In this document: positions 18,498 to 28,036 of the stretch, piece by piece
Layout: every line of letters starts with the position of its first letter
Numbering within the stretch: position 1 is the stretch's first letter
Assembly (NCBI GenBank): GCA_963676615.1
Contig: OY781092.1
Coordinates: forward strand, 352,001-416,000
Direction of reading: 5' to 3'
DNA: 64,000 nt
Source of the DNA: Candidatus Cloacimonadota bacterium
Lineage (GTDB): Bacteria; Cloacimonadota; Cloacimonadia; G963667145
Program-made: the position numbers and the translations under genes
The notes under the pieces: model-generated
What the model saw: only the letters and a program-made list of their open reading frames with translations
Database searches by the model: none
What the model was told of the DNA's origin: nothing

Positions 18498-20861
18498 ATG
18501 AAAAAAGAAGATACGATTATCAGAAATGCGGAACTAGATTTGGACAAGGCGTTGAATGTGGTGCCGCTTCGGAATGTTATTACTTTGCCAAAAATTGTCG
18601 CGCCGATTATGATTGGACGCAGACAGTCGATTGAAGCGGTGGAGGACGCTCTTGCCAAGCATCAGCGGATTGTGTGTCTGCCGCAAAAATACGACAACGA
18701 TATGATGGACTATTATCCCGATGCGAAAAATTTGCACCGTGTGGGCACTTATTGCAGCATTTTGCAGGTTTTTCGTCTTCCCGATGGGAATTTGCGGATT
18801 TTGGTCGAGGGCATCAAATGCGTTTTGGTGGACAAATTGACGAAAACCAAAGACGGTTTTTATCGGGCAAAAGTTCACGAGATGGAATACGAAAAGAGCG
18901 ACGATCTGGAGTTGCAAGCGGAAATTCGGGCGATAAAAAAGCTTTTTGCGGAGTATATCAAAATCGACGGCAACATTCCCAAAGAGGTGCTTAAGCCGCT
19001 GGAGGAGATTGCCAAACCGAGCGATTTTTTCTATTATGTTTTGGCGAATATCGCCTCGGAAGTGGATAAAAAAATCAATATTTTGAAAATCAGCAACATC
19101 AATCAGGCGTTGAGTCAGCTTTTGCGGCTTTTGCATAAAGAGCTGGAAATTATGAAGTTAGAGAAGAAAATTGATGTTAATGTGAACCACAAACTCAACA
19201 AATTGCAGCGGGAATATTATCTGCGGGAGCAACTCAAGGAGATCGAGAGCGAGCTGGGTATAAGCGAGGATAAAGACAGCGAAGTCGAAGAGTTAGAGAG
19301 CGAATTGTGGGATCTTAATTTGTCGGAGCAGGTGAAAAAAATTGTTGCAAATGAGTTGCAAAAGTTGAAAAGAATTCCGTCGGCAGCGCAAGAATATACG
19401 GTGATTTACAACTATTTGGATTGGATTCGAAGTTTGCCGTGGGACGACGATATTACCGAGAATTTTGATTTGGCGAAGGCGCAAAAAGATTTGGATGCGA
19501 ACCACTACGGTTTGGCGAAGGTCAAGGATGTGATTTTGGAGTATGTTGCGGTGCTGAAATTTGTGCAGGAAAATCGCGGCAAGATTTTGTGTTTTGTTGG
19601 CGCTCCTGGTGTCGGCAAAACCTCGCTAGGCAAAGCGATTGCTGCGGCTTTGGGCAAAAAGTTTGCTCGTCTTTCTCTTGGCGGTGTGCGTGACGAGGCG
19701 GAGATCCGTGGGCATCGCAGGACCTATGTAGGAGCTGTCCCCGGCGTGATTATCAACTCGATAAAAAAAGCTGGCACAATGAATCCAGTGATTATGATGG
19801 ACGAGATCGACAAGCTGGCTAGCGATTTTCGGGGAGATCCAGCTTCGGCGCTTTTGGAGGTGCTGGATCCCGAGCAGAACAACACTTTCCGCGATCACTA
19901 TTTGGATTTCGACTACGACCTCTCCAAAGTGACTTTCATCACGACTGCCAACACTTTGTCGTCGATTCCGTCGCCGCTTTTGGACAGGATGGAGATTGTG
20001 CAACTGCCGGGCTATACGATGTTCGAGAAAGTAAATATCGCCAAAGAACACCTAATTCGTCGGCAGATTGAGACTTTCAAGACCGCTGGCAAAGTCGAAA
20101 TCGCTTTCAGCGACGAGATTATCAGCTACATTGTGAAAAACTACACGCAAGAAGTTGGTGTGCGACTTTTGGAAAAGCAAATCGAGAAAATTTATCGCAA
20201 AGTTATTCGTGAGACGATTCAAAACAAGAAAAAAAAGGTTAAATTGAAGCTGACCAAAAAGTTGGTCGAAAAATATCTGGGCGTGTCCAAAGTTGTCCCG
20301 CCGAAGATTGAGAAAAAAGATGTCGTCGGCGTAGTAACTGGACTTGCTTGGACGATGGTTGGCGGCGAGACGCTCAAGATCGAGATTAGCAAATTTCCTG
20401 GCACTGGCAAAATCAAGCTGACGGGAAATTTGGGCGATATTATGAAAGAGTCGGCTCAGGCGGCGTATACTTTTGCGCGCGTAAACCAAAAAAAATACAA
20501 ACTGGACAAAGATTTTTACAAAAATACCGATTTGCATTTGCATATTCCAGAGGGAGCCGTGCCGAAAGATGGACCGTCGGCTGGTGTGACGATGGCGACA
20601 GCGATTGTGTCGGTGCTTTCGGGCAGAAAAGTGCGAGCCAGCATCGCCATGACGGGCGAGATTTCCCTCAAAGGCGAAGTGATGGCTATCGGCGGTTTGG
20701 CGGAAAAGCTGGTGGCAGCTGGGCAAGCCGAGATAAAGAAGGTGCTGATTCCCAAAGATAATTTGCCGCATCTGCAGGAAATTCCCGCGGAAATCAAGGA
20801 CGGTCTGGAGATTGTGCCGGTGGAGACGATTGATCAGGTGCTCAGCGAGGCTCTTGTGTGA
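18498..20861 (+). CDS. lon: ATP-dependent protease La
   Basis: GAPGVGKTS, RGHRRTYVGA, DPASALLEVLD, PKDGPSAG. Confidence 0.97.
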   Translation: MKKEDTIIRNAELDLDKALNVVPLRNVITLPKIVAPIMIGRRQSIEAVEDALAKHQRIVCLPQKYDNDMMDYYPDAKNLHRVGTYCSILQVFRLPDGNLRILVEGIKCVLVDKLTKTKDGFYRAKVHEMEYEKSDDLELQAEIRAIKKLFAEYIKIDGNIPKEVLKPLEEIAKPSDFFYYVLANIASEVDKKINILKISNINQALSQLLRLLHKELEIMKLEKKIDVNVNHKLNKLQREYYLREQLKEIESELGISEDKDSEVEELESELWDLNLSEQVKKIVANELQKLKRIPSAAQEYTVIYNYLDWIRSLPWDDDITENFDLAKAQKDLDANHYGLAKVKDVILEYVAVLKFVQENRGKILCFVGAPGVGKTSLGKAIAAALGKKFARLSLGGVRDEAEIRGHRRTYVGAVPGVIINSIKKAGTMNPVIMMDEIDKLASDFRGDPASALLEVLDPEQNNTFRDHYLDFDYDLSKVTFITTANTLSSIPSPLLDRMEIVQLPGYTMFEKVNIAKEHLIRRQIETFKTAGKVEIAFSDEIISYIVKNYTQEVGVRLLEKQIEKIYRKVIRETIQNKKKKVKLKLTKKLVEKYLGVSKVVPPKIEKKDVVGVVTGLAWTMVGGETLKIEISKFPGTGKIKLTGNLGDIMKESAQAAYTFARVNQKKYKLDKDFYKNTDLHLHIPEGAVPKDGPSAGVTMATAIVSVLSGRKVRASIAMTGEISLKGEVMAIGGLAEKLVAAGQAEIKKVLIPKDNLPHLQEIPAEIKDGLEIVPVETIDQVLSEALV

Positions 20862-21097
20862 GGATCGAGTTCGCAAAACCGATTCAGCAAGACGCCGAAG
20901 GCAGCTACTACCACCTGCGGATTCCGCAAGAACAGCAATATTTTTTTGCCAGCGTCATAGAATCTTTTTCGGGACTCGCCAACCACACAACCGACCGAGC
21001 CGACAAAAGCGTCGTGATTTTTTTTGCCAGCCGCAGCCAAACGGCGGCTTTTGAGGAGATATTAAAATTTTTGACAAATTATGAAAATTTTGAATAA
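20858..21097 (+). CDS. Small hypothetical protein (possibly DUF4911-like)
   Basis: 79-aa ORF overlapping the lon stop and the next start; F..VIESFSGLANHTT pattern. Confidence 0.6.
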   Translation: MRIEFAKPIQQDAEGSYYHLRIPQEQQYFFASVIESFSGLANHTTDRADKSVVIFFASRSQTAAFEEILKFLTNYENFE

Positions 21098-22898
21098 ACT
21101 ACTGTTTTGCTTTTTCGCTTTTGCCTCTTGCCTTGGAGCCATGGAGATCGACTCTTTGGAAGGTTTGCAAGAGGGGCAAGAGTATATTCAAGCCATCAGC
21201 GTTGGCGATACTGCCGCTCGGCGCAGAAGCGATTTTGAAAAACTTGTGGAAGGCGACTCCGTTGCCACGGAAATTTCCGACAGCATTCCCGTTGAGGACG
21301 AAGACAAATTTTTGTCACTTTTTCGCCAGCGCATCGATGTGGAAATCGGCTCGTTTTTGGACAAAGACAAAGCCCGAAACGCTGTGCCGCTTTTTTTGTA
21401 TAAAGAGAACAATCACTACTATTCGCCTTCGCCGCTGCGGCAAGATGTGCAGGTTGACGAGTTTTACATCTCGCCTTTTCTTTTGCGAAAATATCAGCTC
21501 TACCAAGATTATCGGCCGTTTTTTTCGGAAAATTTGCGAGAGGGCGCGCTCTATTTCACCCAAGAAAATTACGATATGCCGATTTTGCTCACCAAAGCAG
21601 AACTGGCGCAAGGCTATAACAGCACCGATTTAGACCAGGCGATTCTCAATATTTACAAAAGCCAAGTTTTTGGCTGTTTGGATTTTCACCTCGGCTTCAA
21701 CGGTAGCTCGGGCAAATGGCTCTCGGAGGAAGTGCGCGAAAAGACCAAAGACCTTTTCGGCGAAATCCGCTACTACTACAAAGATTATCTGTCGCTGGAA
21801 TACTCGTATTTGCACCTCGACCACGATTTGCCCAACGAAAAGCTATTTTTCCAAAAAATCGGACAGACCCCAAAAGCCGACTCGCTGCTGGACAACAGCC
21901 TGATTACCTACAAATCGCAACAACATTTTGTCGTCTTCCGCTCGATAATTTTTGACGCTGGCTACAGCTACTCCTACAGCGAATTTTTGGGCGACAGCCT
22001 GCTGAATATCGACCAGCATTACGACGCCGAAAGCTATTTTTACGCCCTAGATTTGGACTTCTGGGAGCAAAATTTAGCCGTCGGCCGCAAATATTACAAC
22101 AACTACAAATCGACCAAAATCGACGACCGCCTTTATTACAAAGGCAAATTACACAGCAACTGGTGGCACGGTTCAACTTTGCGCGGATATTATGACAAAA
22201 CCAACACCAGCGTTGACTTTAGCCAAGGTTTGCCCTGGGGATTTGAGCTGTTTTGCGACTATACCGACAGAGAAAATCAAGCAATCGACACGGCGTTCAT
22301 TCCATTTTCCGATGTGATGTATCGGCAGGTTGACAAATACAAATCGACTTTTTACGGGCTGAAATTTAATAACAAATTTTTGAGCGGTAGCGCCTCTTTC
22401 GGCAACCTAAAACAGACCATCTCCGAGCACACCGTTTTGACCGACACGCACCTTGTCAGCAGCAGCCAATACGCTAACAACCTCCTGCGCAGCGATATGA
22501 AAGTGCGGCTTCCGTTCAGCCTTTGGGGGCAAAAAATGGCGCTGTCGTATGGGCTTGAGATGCGCAGATTTTTGTCGGGCGAAATCCCTTGCTCGTTTCC
22601 AAAATCGCAAATGCTGGAAAGCTACGAGCTGATTTTCTACTTCGACTACGGCAATGTGCTGACTCTGGGCAGGCGAGAGTATAGCGCCTCCGACTATTTC
22701 GCCAACTTTTCAGATTTGGACGCCAAGAGCTTCACCACCTCCGACAAACTTTTGGACTACTATCTGCAGCTAGATTTGACAAAACAGTTTTCGCTTCTTT
22801 TGGATGTCAAAAATTACGACAAAGACGAAACATTTTTGGGCGCGCCCGTCTATCGTCGCCACTTCAAAATGAACTTCGTTTGGTATCTTTTCGACTAA
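21081..22898 (+). CDS. Exported protein, probable outer-membrane beta-barrel of unknown function
   Basis: Signal peptide, Tyr/Phe-rich alternating strands, C-terminal FVWYLFD. Confidence 0.55.
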   Translation: MKILNKLLFCFFAFASCLGAMEIDSLEGLQEGQEYIQAISVGDTAARRRSDFEKLVEGDSVATEISDSIPVEDEDKFLSLFRQRIDVEIGSFLDKDKARNAVPLFLYKENNHYYSPSPLRQDVQVDEFYISPFLLRKYQLYQDYRPFFSENLREGALYFTQENYDMPILLTKAELAQGYNSTDLDQAILNIYKSQVFGCLDFHLGFNGSSGKWLSEEVREKTKDLFGEIRYYYKDYLSLEYSYLHLDHDLPNEKLFFQKIGQTPKADSLLDNSLITYKSQQHFVVFRSIIFDAGYSYSYSEFLGDSLLNIDQHYDAESYFYALDLDFWEQNLAVGRKYYNNYKSTKIDDRLYYKGKLHSNWWHGSTLRGYYDKTNTSVDFSQGLPWGFELFCDYTDRENQAIDTAFIPFSDVMYRQVDKYKSTFYGLKFNNKFLSGSASFGNLKQTISEHTVLTDTHLVSSSQYANNLLRSDMKVRLPFSLWGQKMALSYGLEMRRFLSGEIPCSFPKSQMLESYELIFYFDYGNVLTLGRREYSASDYFANFSDLDAKSFTTSDKLLDYYLQLDLTKQFSLLLDVKNYDKDETFLGAPVYRRHFKMNFVWYLFD

Positions 22899-22899
22899 A

Positions 22900-23850
22900 A
22901 TGACGATTTTCTCGATGAATATTTACGCCGCGTTTGCTTTGCTGATAATTGGATTTTACTTTCTTTTTGTTGCGGCAGAAAAATTTGTCGATTTGGCGGT
23001 GATCATCTCGGCATATTTCGGACTTCCGGGGATAATCACCGGCACGATAATCGTCGGTTTTGCGACCTCTGCGCCTGAATTTGCGGTGAGCATTTTGGCG
23101 TCTTTGCAAGGTCTTTCGCAAATGGGACTTGGCAACGGAGTGGGCAGCGTCATCTGCAACGAAACTTTGGGACTCGGCTTTGGGCTTGTGGCAATTGGCG
23201 CAGGCAAAGCAGCCAATTTCGACAAAAAATATCTAGCGAAAGTGCTGATTTTTTTGGACGCAGGACTTTTGGTGCTTTATCTTTTTATGCGAAAAGACGG
23301 CACGCTCTCGTGGCAAGAGGCTCTCTTTTTCGTAGTCTGCTTGGGCTTATATTTTTTGCAAGTCGCCCGAAATTCCAAAAAAGCGAAACTCGAAAAAGTT
23401 TGTCCCAAAAAAAACATCTGTTTTTACCTTTTTGGCTTTTTGCTAGTTTTAGTTTTGGTCGTTTTTTTGAGTAAATTGGTGGTCTTTTCCGCCGTTTATA
23501 TCGCCGATTTTTTCTGCGTAAGCAAGACGATAATCGCCGTTACGATAGTCGCTCTTGGCACTTCACTACCCGAAGTCGCCACAGCTTTTGCCGCCTCGCG
23601 CAAAGGGCATCTGGACATCGCCGTGGGCAACATCATTGGCTCGGATGTATTGAATATTTTCGGCATCGTCGGCATCTCGGCGCTCATTCACCCTGTCAAA
23701 ATCAGCGCAGCGGAGCTCAATTTCGTCTTTGGCTGGCTAGCATTCGTGGCAATCATCACCGCTCTGACCATCTACAAAGGATACAAACGCCCATTTTTGT
23801 GGGGAATTTTGCTGATAAGCGTCTATTTGGTTTACCTATTTTTCGCTTAA
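22900..23850 (+). CDS. Ca2+/cation antiporter (YrbG family)
   Basis: Alpha-repeat motifs ATSAPE and GTSLPE, GNIIGSD. Confidence 0.9.
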   Translation: MTIFSMNIYAAFALLIIGFYFLFVAAEKFVDLAVIISAYFGLPGIITGTIIVGFATSAPEFAVSILASLQGLSQMGLGNGVGSVICNETLGLGFGLVAIGAGKAANFDKKYLAKVLIFLDAGLLVLYLFMRKDGTLSWQEALFFVVCLGLYFLQVARNSKKAKLEKVCPKKNICFYLFGFLLVLVLVVFLSKLVVFSAVYIADFFCVSKTIIAVTIVALGTSLPEVATAFAASRKGHLDIAVGNIIGSDVLNIFGIVGISALIHPVKISAAELNFVFGWLAFVAIITALTIYKGYKRPFLWGILLISVYLVYLFFA

Positions 23851-23866
23851 AAAATAATTTTATTAG

Positions 23867-23895
23867 TTGACACAAAGGCACAAAAAAAAATTTTG
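23867..23895 (+). promoter_or_regulatory. Putative secG-tRNA promoter, TTGACA-N17-ATTTTG
   Basis: Perfect -35 hexamer upstream of the AAGGAG RBS of secG. Confidence 0.55.
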
Positions 23896-23927
23896 CTTAA
23901 GAATTAGATGCGAAATAAGGAGTATTG

Positions 23928-24215
23928 ATGTTTTATTTTTTGCTTGGAGTTCATATTGTCATATCGCTTTTGTTGATTTTGGTAATTTTGTCGCAATCCT
24001 CAAAGGGCGGAGCTTTGGGAGGTGCCTTTGGTGGCGCCGCCAGCACAGCCTCTTTTGGCGACGAAGCAGAAACTATTTTGAAAAAGTGGACGAAATACTT
24101 TATTTTGCTCTTCGTGGTTTCTTGTTTGGCTTTGGCTTTTTACACAAAAAATCTTAACTCGAAAGTTAGCGACGCCGAAGTGAGTAAGGAGTTACAAAAG
24201 GAATTGGCTAAGTAA
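23928..24215 (+). CDS. secG: Preprotein translocase subunit SecG
   Basis: Two TM helices, LSQSSKGGALGGAFGG; followed by tRNA-Leu as in many bacteria. Confidence 0.92.
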   Translation: MFYFLLGVHIVISLLLILVILSQSSKGGALGGAFGGAASTASFGDEAETILKKWTKYFILLFVVSCLALAFYTKNLNSKVSDAEVSKELQKELAK

Positions 24216-24255
24216 CAAGCTTTATTTTCTTTTTTTAGAATTTTATATTGTGAGT

Positions 24256-24344
24256 GCAGAAGTGGTGGAATTGGTAGACACGCAAGACTAAGGATCTTGT
24301 GCCCGCTTTTGGGTGTGCTGGTTCAAGTCCAGTCTTCTGCACCA
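24256..24344 (+). tRNA. tRNA-Leu, anticodon AAG
   Basis: Acceptor GCAGAAG/CTTCTGC, discriminator A plus CCA, anticodon arm CAAGA-CTAAGGA-TCTTG, long variable arm, GGTTCAAGTCC T arm. Confidence 0.92.
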
Positions 24345-24356
24345 TTTCTATCTCAA

Positions 24357-24445
24357 GCAGGAGTGGTGAAATTGGTAGACACGCAAGATTCAGGTTCTTG
24401 TGCCCGCTTTTGGGTGTGCTGGTTCAAGTCCAGTCTCCTGCACCA
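24357..24445 (+). tRNA. tRNA-Leu, anticodon CAG
   Basis: Acceptor GCAGGAG/CTCCTGC, ACCA end, anticodon arm CAAGA-TTCAGGT-TCTTG, long variable arm. Confidence 0.95.
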
Positions 24446-24491
24446 TTTTTTGGGTAGAGGCTTTGTTGGTCTGATACTGAAATGCCGAGAG

Positions 24492-25742
24492 CTAGCTTTC
24501 GGACGCAGTTTTTTTTGAGCTAGGCAAAGTTTCGCAATTATCTAGATCAAAGCCTTTCCGCCCAAATAACACCGCACCTATTATCGCTGTAAACGGAGCA
24601 ACCAGCACCAAGCCAAAGCTACCCACGATAGTTTTTAAAATCTCAGCTGCGACATATATCAAATTTAGTGTGTTGGTCATTGGAACGCCTTGCGCCATAA
24701 AAGCCATCAAGAGCGTAAGATAGCCGCCAGAGTAAGCAAGTAGCAGTGTTGTGGTCATTGTGCCGACAACCGCTCGACCAATGCGGATTCCCGAAAAACA
24801 CAATTCTCTAGTTGTCATGTCGGGTCGTTTGTCGACCAGCTCCTGCATGCTAGCGGCAACATCCATCGCCAAATCCATTACCGCACCACTAGCAGCCAAA
24901 AAAACTCCTGCTATAAAAATGCCTGTCAAATCTAGATGAGCATAGCCAGAATAGAGCAAAGTTTCTGCAAAAGGCAAAATCGCTCCGTGAATATGAAAAA
25001 GCTCGGTGAACATTTTTGATAAAATAGCAGAAACTAGCACGCCCAAAAATGCTCCCAAAAAAGCGACCAATCCTTTGGTAGAAGCGCCTGCAACTAAAAA
25101 TATAATCGCCGCAGTGAGAAGGGCAACTACACCTAGAGATGCCCAGATTGGATCAAATCCTAGCAGCAAAAGAGGCACCAAAATCTTGATTATGCACAAA
25201 CCAGCAAACGCAAAAGAGATAAGTGCTTTCAGACCTGTCCAGCCTCCAAAAATGATGAGCAAACCCGCAAATAACAACGCTAAAACAGTTTCCACGCTAA
25301 TCCGATAATGCTCTTGAGGATTAGCATAAACAATTTTTCCCTCGGGAGATAACGAAAGCACCGTCAACACTTTATCGCCCTTGCAAAAAAGTTTGTCTCG
25401 ATCAAGTTGCCCCAGCAGTGGATTGTTCGCACAAACGACCTCACCAACAAACTTTCCGTCCAAAATTTTCAGGTTCACCTCTTGATCACCGCTGCGCACC
25501 AAGCCTCGCTCATAAACGAAGGAATTGTCCACGCTCAATACCTTTGCACGCACTCGCTCAACCCGCGAAGCAACGCGATTTTCAAATCCAGTGGGAAGAA
25601 AATAAATTATCAAGCCCAAGCCTAAAAATCCCAAACATACCAAAAAATCGCGGCTAGCTACTGAACGCAAACTTTTTAAAAAAACGGTAAACCAGCCTTT
25701 GCTAGTCAACCGTTTTGATTTCTCAGGAAATTTAATCATCAA
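24492..25742 (-). CDS. YibE/F family membrane protein
   Basis: Multi-TM protein; GAVMDLAMDVAA, GRAVVGTMTTTLLLAYSG, GSFGLVLVAPFT. Confidence 0.85.
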   Translation of the reverse strand: MMIKFPEKSKRLTSKGWFTVFLKSLRSVASRDFLVCLGFLGLGLIIYFLPTGFENRVASRVERVRAKVLSVDNSFVYERGLVRSGDQEVNLKILDGKFVGEVVCANNPLLGQLDRDKLFCKGDKVLTVLSLSPEGKIVYANPQEHYRISVETVLALLFAGLLIIFGGWTGLKALISFAFAGLCIIKILVPLLLLGFDPIWASLGVVALLTAAIIFLVAGASTKGLVAFLGAFLGVLVSAILSKMFTELFHIHGAILPFAETLLYSGYAHLDLTGIFIAGVFLAASGAVMDLAMDVAASMQELVDKRPDMTTRELCFSGIRIGRAVVGTMTTTLLLAYSGGYLTLLMAFMAQGVPMTNTLNLIYVAAEILKTIVGSFGLVLVAPFTAIIGAVLFGRKGFDLDNCETLPSSKKTASES

Positions 25743-27256
25743 AATTGCGCAACACAGTTGCTACCCAAAGTGCTGATAGCACTATATTTCGCCCGATTCT
25801 CAGCGCCCATTATTTTCATAATTTTTAGGGCGATATCCGTGTTGTCATAGTAGCCGTTAAATTCGCTCGCATCAACGCCAATGGCGGAGGTATTCACTGG
25901 CACGCCAGTGTGTTTGTATGATGTCCACGCAAGTCCAGCCTTGTTGTTGAGAATGTGGGTTAAAGTTACAGTCAGCGGGTCGTAATCGCCGTAGAGGATG
26001 TAATCTGCCGTCCCCGATTTCGTCTTTTCATTTTTCATAGAACGATTAAACGCTTTGGAGATAGCTTCTTTTTCGTAATCAGCCAAAACTAGCAGATTTT
26101 TTTTGGAATCGCCTGTAAATTTTAATCCAAAATTTTGCTCGATAATTGGCTGCATTTGCGCAAAAGTTCCGCTCTTCACCTTGAATTTTGGCAAAATCTC
26201 GTCTTGAAATTTTTGGAACGACACTTTTTGATTTTTCAAAATATCGAAAAATGAAGCATATTGAGTCCCAGCAAATCCAAGCGTTAACCCTCCACATTCG
26301 TGATCGCCAGTCACCACAATCAATGTTTGTTCTGGATGTTTTTTGTAAAAATCTAGTGCAACCTGAATTGACTCATCGAAGCTCAAAGTGTTTTTAATGC
26401 TCGCCATTCCGTCGTTTGCGTGGCACGCCCAATCGATTTTGCCGCCTTCTACCATCAAAAAAAATCCGTTTGAGTTGTCCAAAAGCTCCGTCGCTTTTGC
26501 GGTGAGTTCTGGCAATGTGATGTCGGCGCGAGTCATATCCATCGAGTAGGGCATCGCCTGATCGTCCTGTAGCCATTGATTTTCCACGACAACTTTGCCC
26601 GCATTTTTTCCCAAAGACTCGAACTCTTCCCTCGTATCAATAAAAGTGTAGCCGTTTGTTTTCGCCTTTGCAATCGCGTCACCCAGTGGAGCTTTCGATT
26701 TTTTACCGCTGGGATCAAGCAGACCACCGCCACCGAAAAAATCAAAACCCGATTCTGCCAAAGCGTGATCGATTTCGTGATACATTTTGCGACTCGGCAC
26801 ATGGGCATAAAAAGCCGCGGGTGTCGCATGATCTATCGAAACCGTCGAGATAATCCCCACACGCTTTCCTTGTTCTTTAGCCATTTCAGCCAAAGTTTTC
26901 ATCGGCTTTAGGTTTGCGTCCATTCCGATAAAACCAATATTAGTCTTTTTGCCGCTAGCAATTGCTGTAGCTGCAGCCGCAGACCCAGTAATAAAACGGT
27001 CGTTTGCCTGTGTAGTCGTCACGCCCTGAGCAGGCAAAGTGTTCATAACCAGCTCTCTGCCAGAATACTGCTCAGCTGCCACTCTCTGCGGAATGCCAAG
27101 TCCATCTCCAATAAACAAAAAAACATACTTCGCCGTCTGTTCTCTTTTTTTTATGCCTTCTTGCTCTTGCGCTCCAAAAGATTTTTCTCCTCGACGACAA
27201 GCCAACAAGCTCGTTAAAACTAGCATCACAATCAACATTTTTTGAAATTTCACCAT
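25739..27256 (-). CDS. phoA: Alkaline phosphatase, probable lipoprotein
   Basis: FIGDGLG, TGSAAAATA, HATPA, EGGKIDWACH, TGDHECGG, HTG; lipobox LLAC; GGAG RBS before the ATG at 27256. Confidence 0.9.
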   Translation of the reverse strand: MVKFQKMLIVMLVLTSLLACRRGEKSFGAQEQEGIKKREQTAKYVFLFIGDGLGIPQRVAAEQYSGRELVMNTLPAQGVTTTQANDRFITGSAAAATAIASGKKTNIGFIGMDANLKPMKTLAEMAKEQGKRVGIISTVSIDHATPAAFYAHVPSRKMYHEIDHALAESGFDFFGGGGLLDPSGKKSKAPLGDAIAKAKTNGYTFIDTREEFESLGKNAGKVVVENQWLQDDQAMPYSMDMTRADITLPELTAKATELLDNSNGFFLMVEGGKIDWACHANDGMASIKNTLSFDESIQVALDFYKKHPEQTLIVVTGDHECGGLTLGFAGTQYASFFDILKNQKVSFQKFQDEILPKFKVKSGTFAQMQPIIEQNFGLKFTGDSKKNLLVLADYEKEAISKAFNRSMKNEKTKSGTADYILYGDYDPLTVTLTHILNNKAGLAWTSYKHTGVPVNTSAIGVDASEFNGYYDNTDIALKIMKIMGAENRAKYSAISTLGSNCVAQF

Positions 27257-27335
27257 TTTTTTTCTCCAAAATTTACTTTTTTTTGAAAAAGAAAATCTTT
27301 TATGATCTTCCTCCAAAAAAGTTATACTCCGAAAA

Positions 27336-27374
27336 TGTTAAAATTTGATGAAAAAAATGTTAAGATTTGGTTAA
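27336..27374 (-). promoter_or_regulatory. PHO-box-like array of four hexamers at 11-bp period
   Basis: Minus strand TTAACC, TTAACA, TTCATC, TTAACA starting at 27374, 27363, 27352 and 27341; TATAAC at 27326-27321. Confidence 0.65.
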
Positions 27375-27396
27375 ATATAAAAAAAAATGAGAATTT

Positions 27397-28020
27397 CTAG
27401 CTCTTATCCTCTTTCAGCCAGCTGACCAGCAAATAAACAAGCGGCGTATCGCACAGCGCAAAAAGGATTTTTAGCGACAAATACGGCAGCGCAAGTTGAA
27501 AAACGAACAAAGCGTCGAACTGCGGCGTCATTTTGTAGCGAAAAAGATAGACGAAAATAAAAGTGTCCAAAGTTTGCGAAATCATCGTGGAGACATTGTT
27601 CCGTAGCCAAAGAAACCTGCCGCTAGTTCTCTTTTTTAGATACGAAAAAATGAATACATCGTTTAGCTGGGAGATAAAAAACGCCGTGATGCTCGCCAAA
27701 ATCATCCGCAGCGAAAATTTGAAAATAATCGAATACTCTTTGTTGAAGGCAAATCTTTCGGCGGGTTTCATCCAAATAGAAAGCGTCAAAAATGCAAAAA
27801 CAAGCACGAGGCTGATGATCGCCGAGATGATGAGATTCCAAACGACATCTTTGCCGTAAACTTCTTCGATAGCGTCGGTTATCAAAAAAAGCAAAGGCGC
27901 GGTAAAAATTCCGACCGAAGTCACTACTCCACAAACAGTTACGATTTTGAGACTCAAAAAATTTGAAGCCGTGTAAAGCGATATAAAAATTGCGAAAAGA
28001 ATAACCAGCTTCGCGTTCAT
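27397..28020 (-). CDS. yhhQ: Queuosine precursor transporter (YhhQ/VUT family), copy 2
   Basis: TDAIEEVYG, RMILASITAFFISQLND, LWLRNNVSTMISQTLDT, DTP. Confidence 0.88.
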   Translation of the reverse strand: MNAKLVILFAIFISLYTASNFLSLKIVTVCGVVTSVGIFTAPLLFLITDAIEEVYGKDVVWNLIISAIISLVLVFAFLTLSIWMKPAERFAFNKEYSIIFKFSLRMILASITAFFISQLNDVFIFSYLKKRTSGRFLWLRNNVSTMISQTLDTFIFVYLFRYKMTPQFDALFVFQLALPYLSLKILFALCDTPLVYLLVSWLKEDKS

Positions 28021-28036
28021 CGTTTTTTCTGGTCGT

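Noticed and set aside
24256..24445. Tandem repeat of about 100 nt as a possible CRISPR or repeat array, and ORF 24297-24518
   Set aside because: Both units fold as complete tRNA-Leu genes; there are no spacers or cas genes, and the ORF merely crosses the tRNAs.
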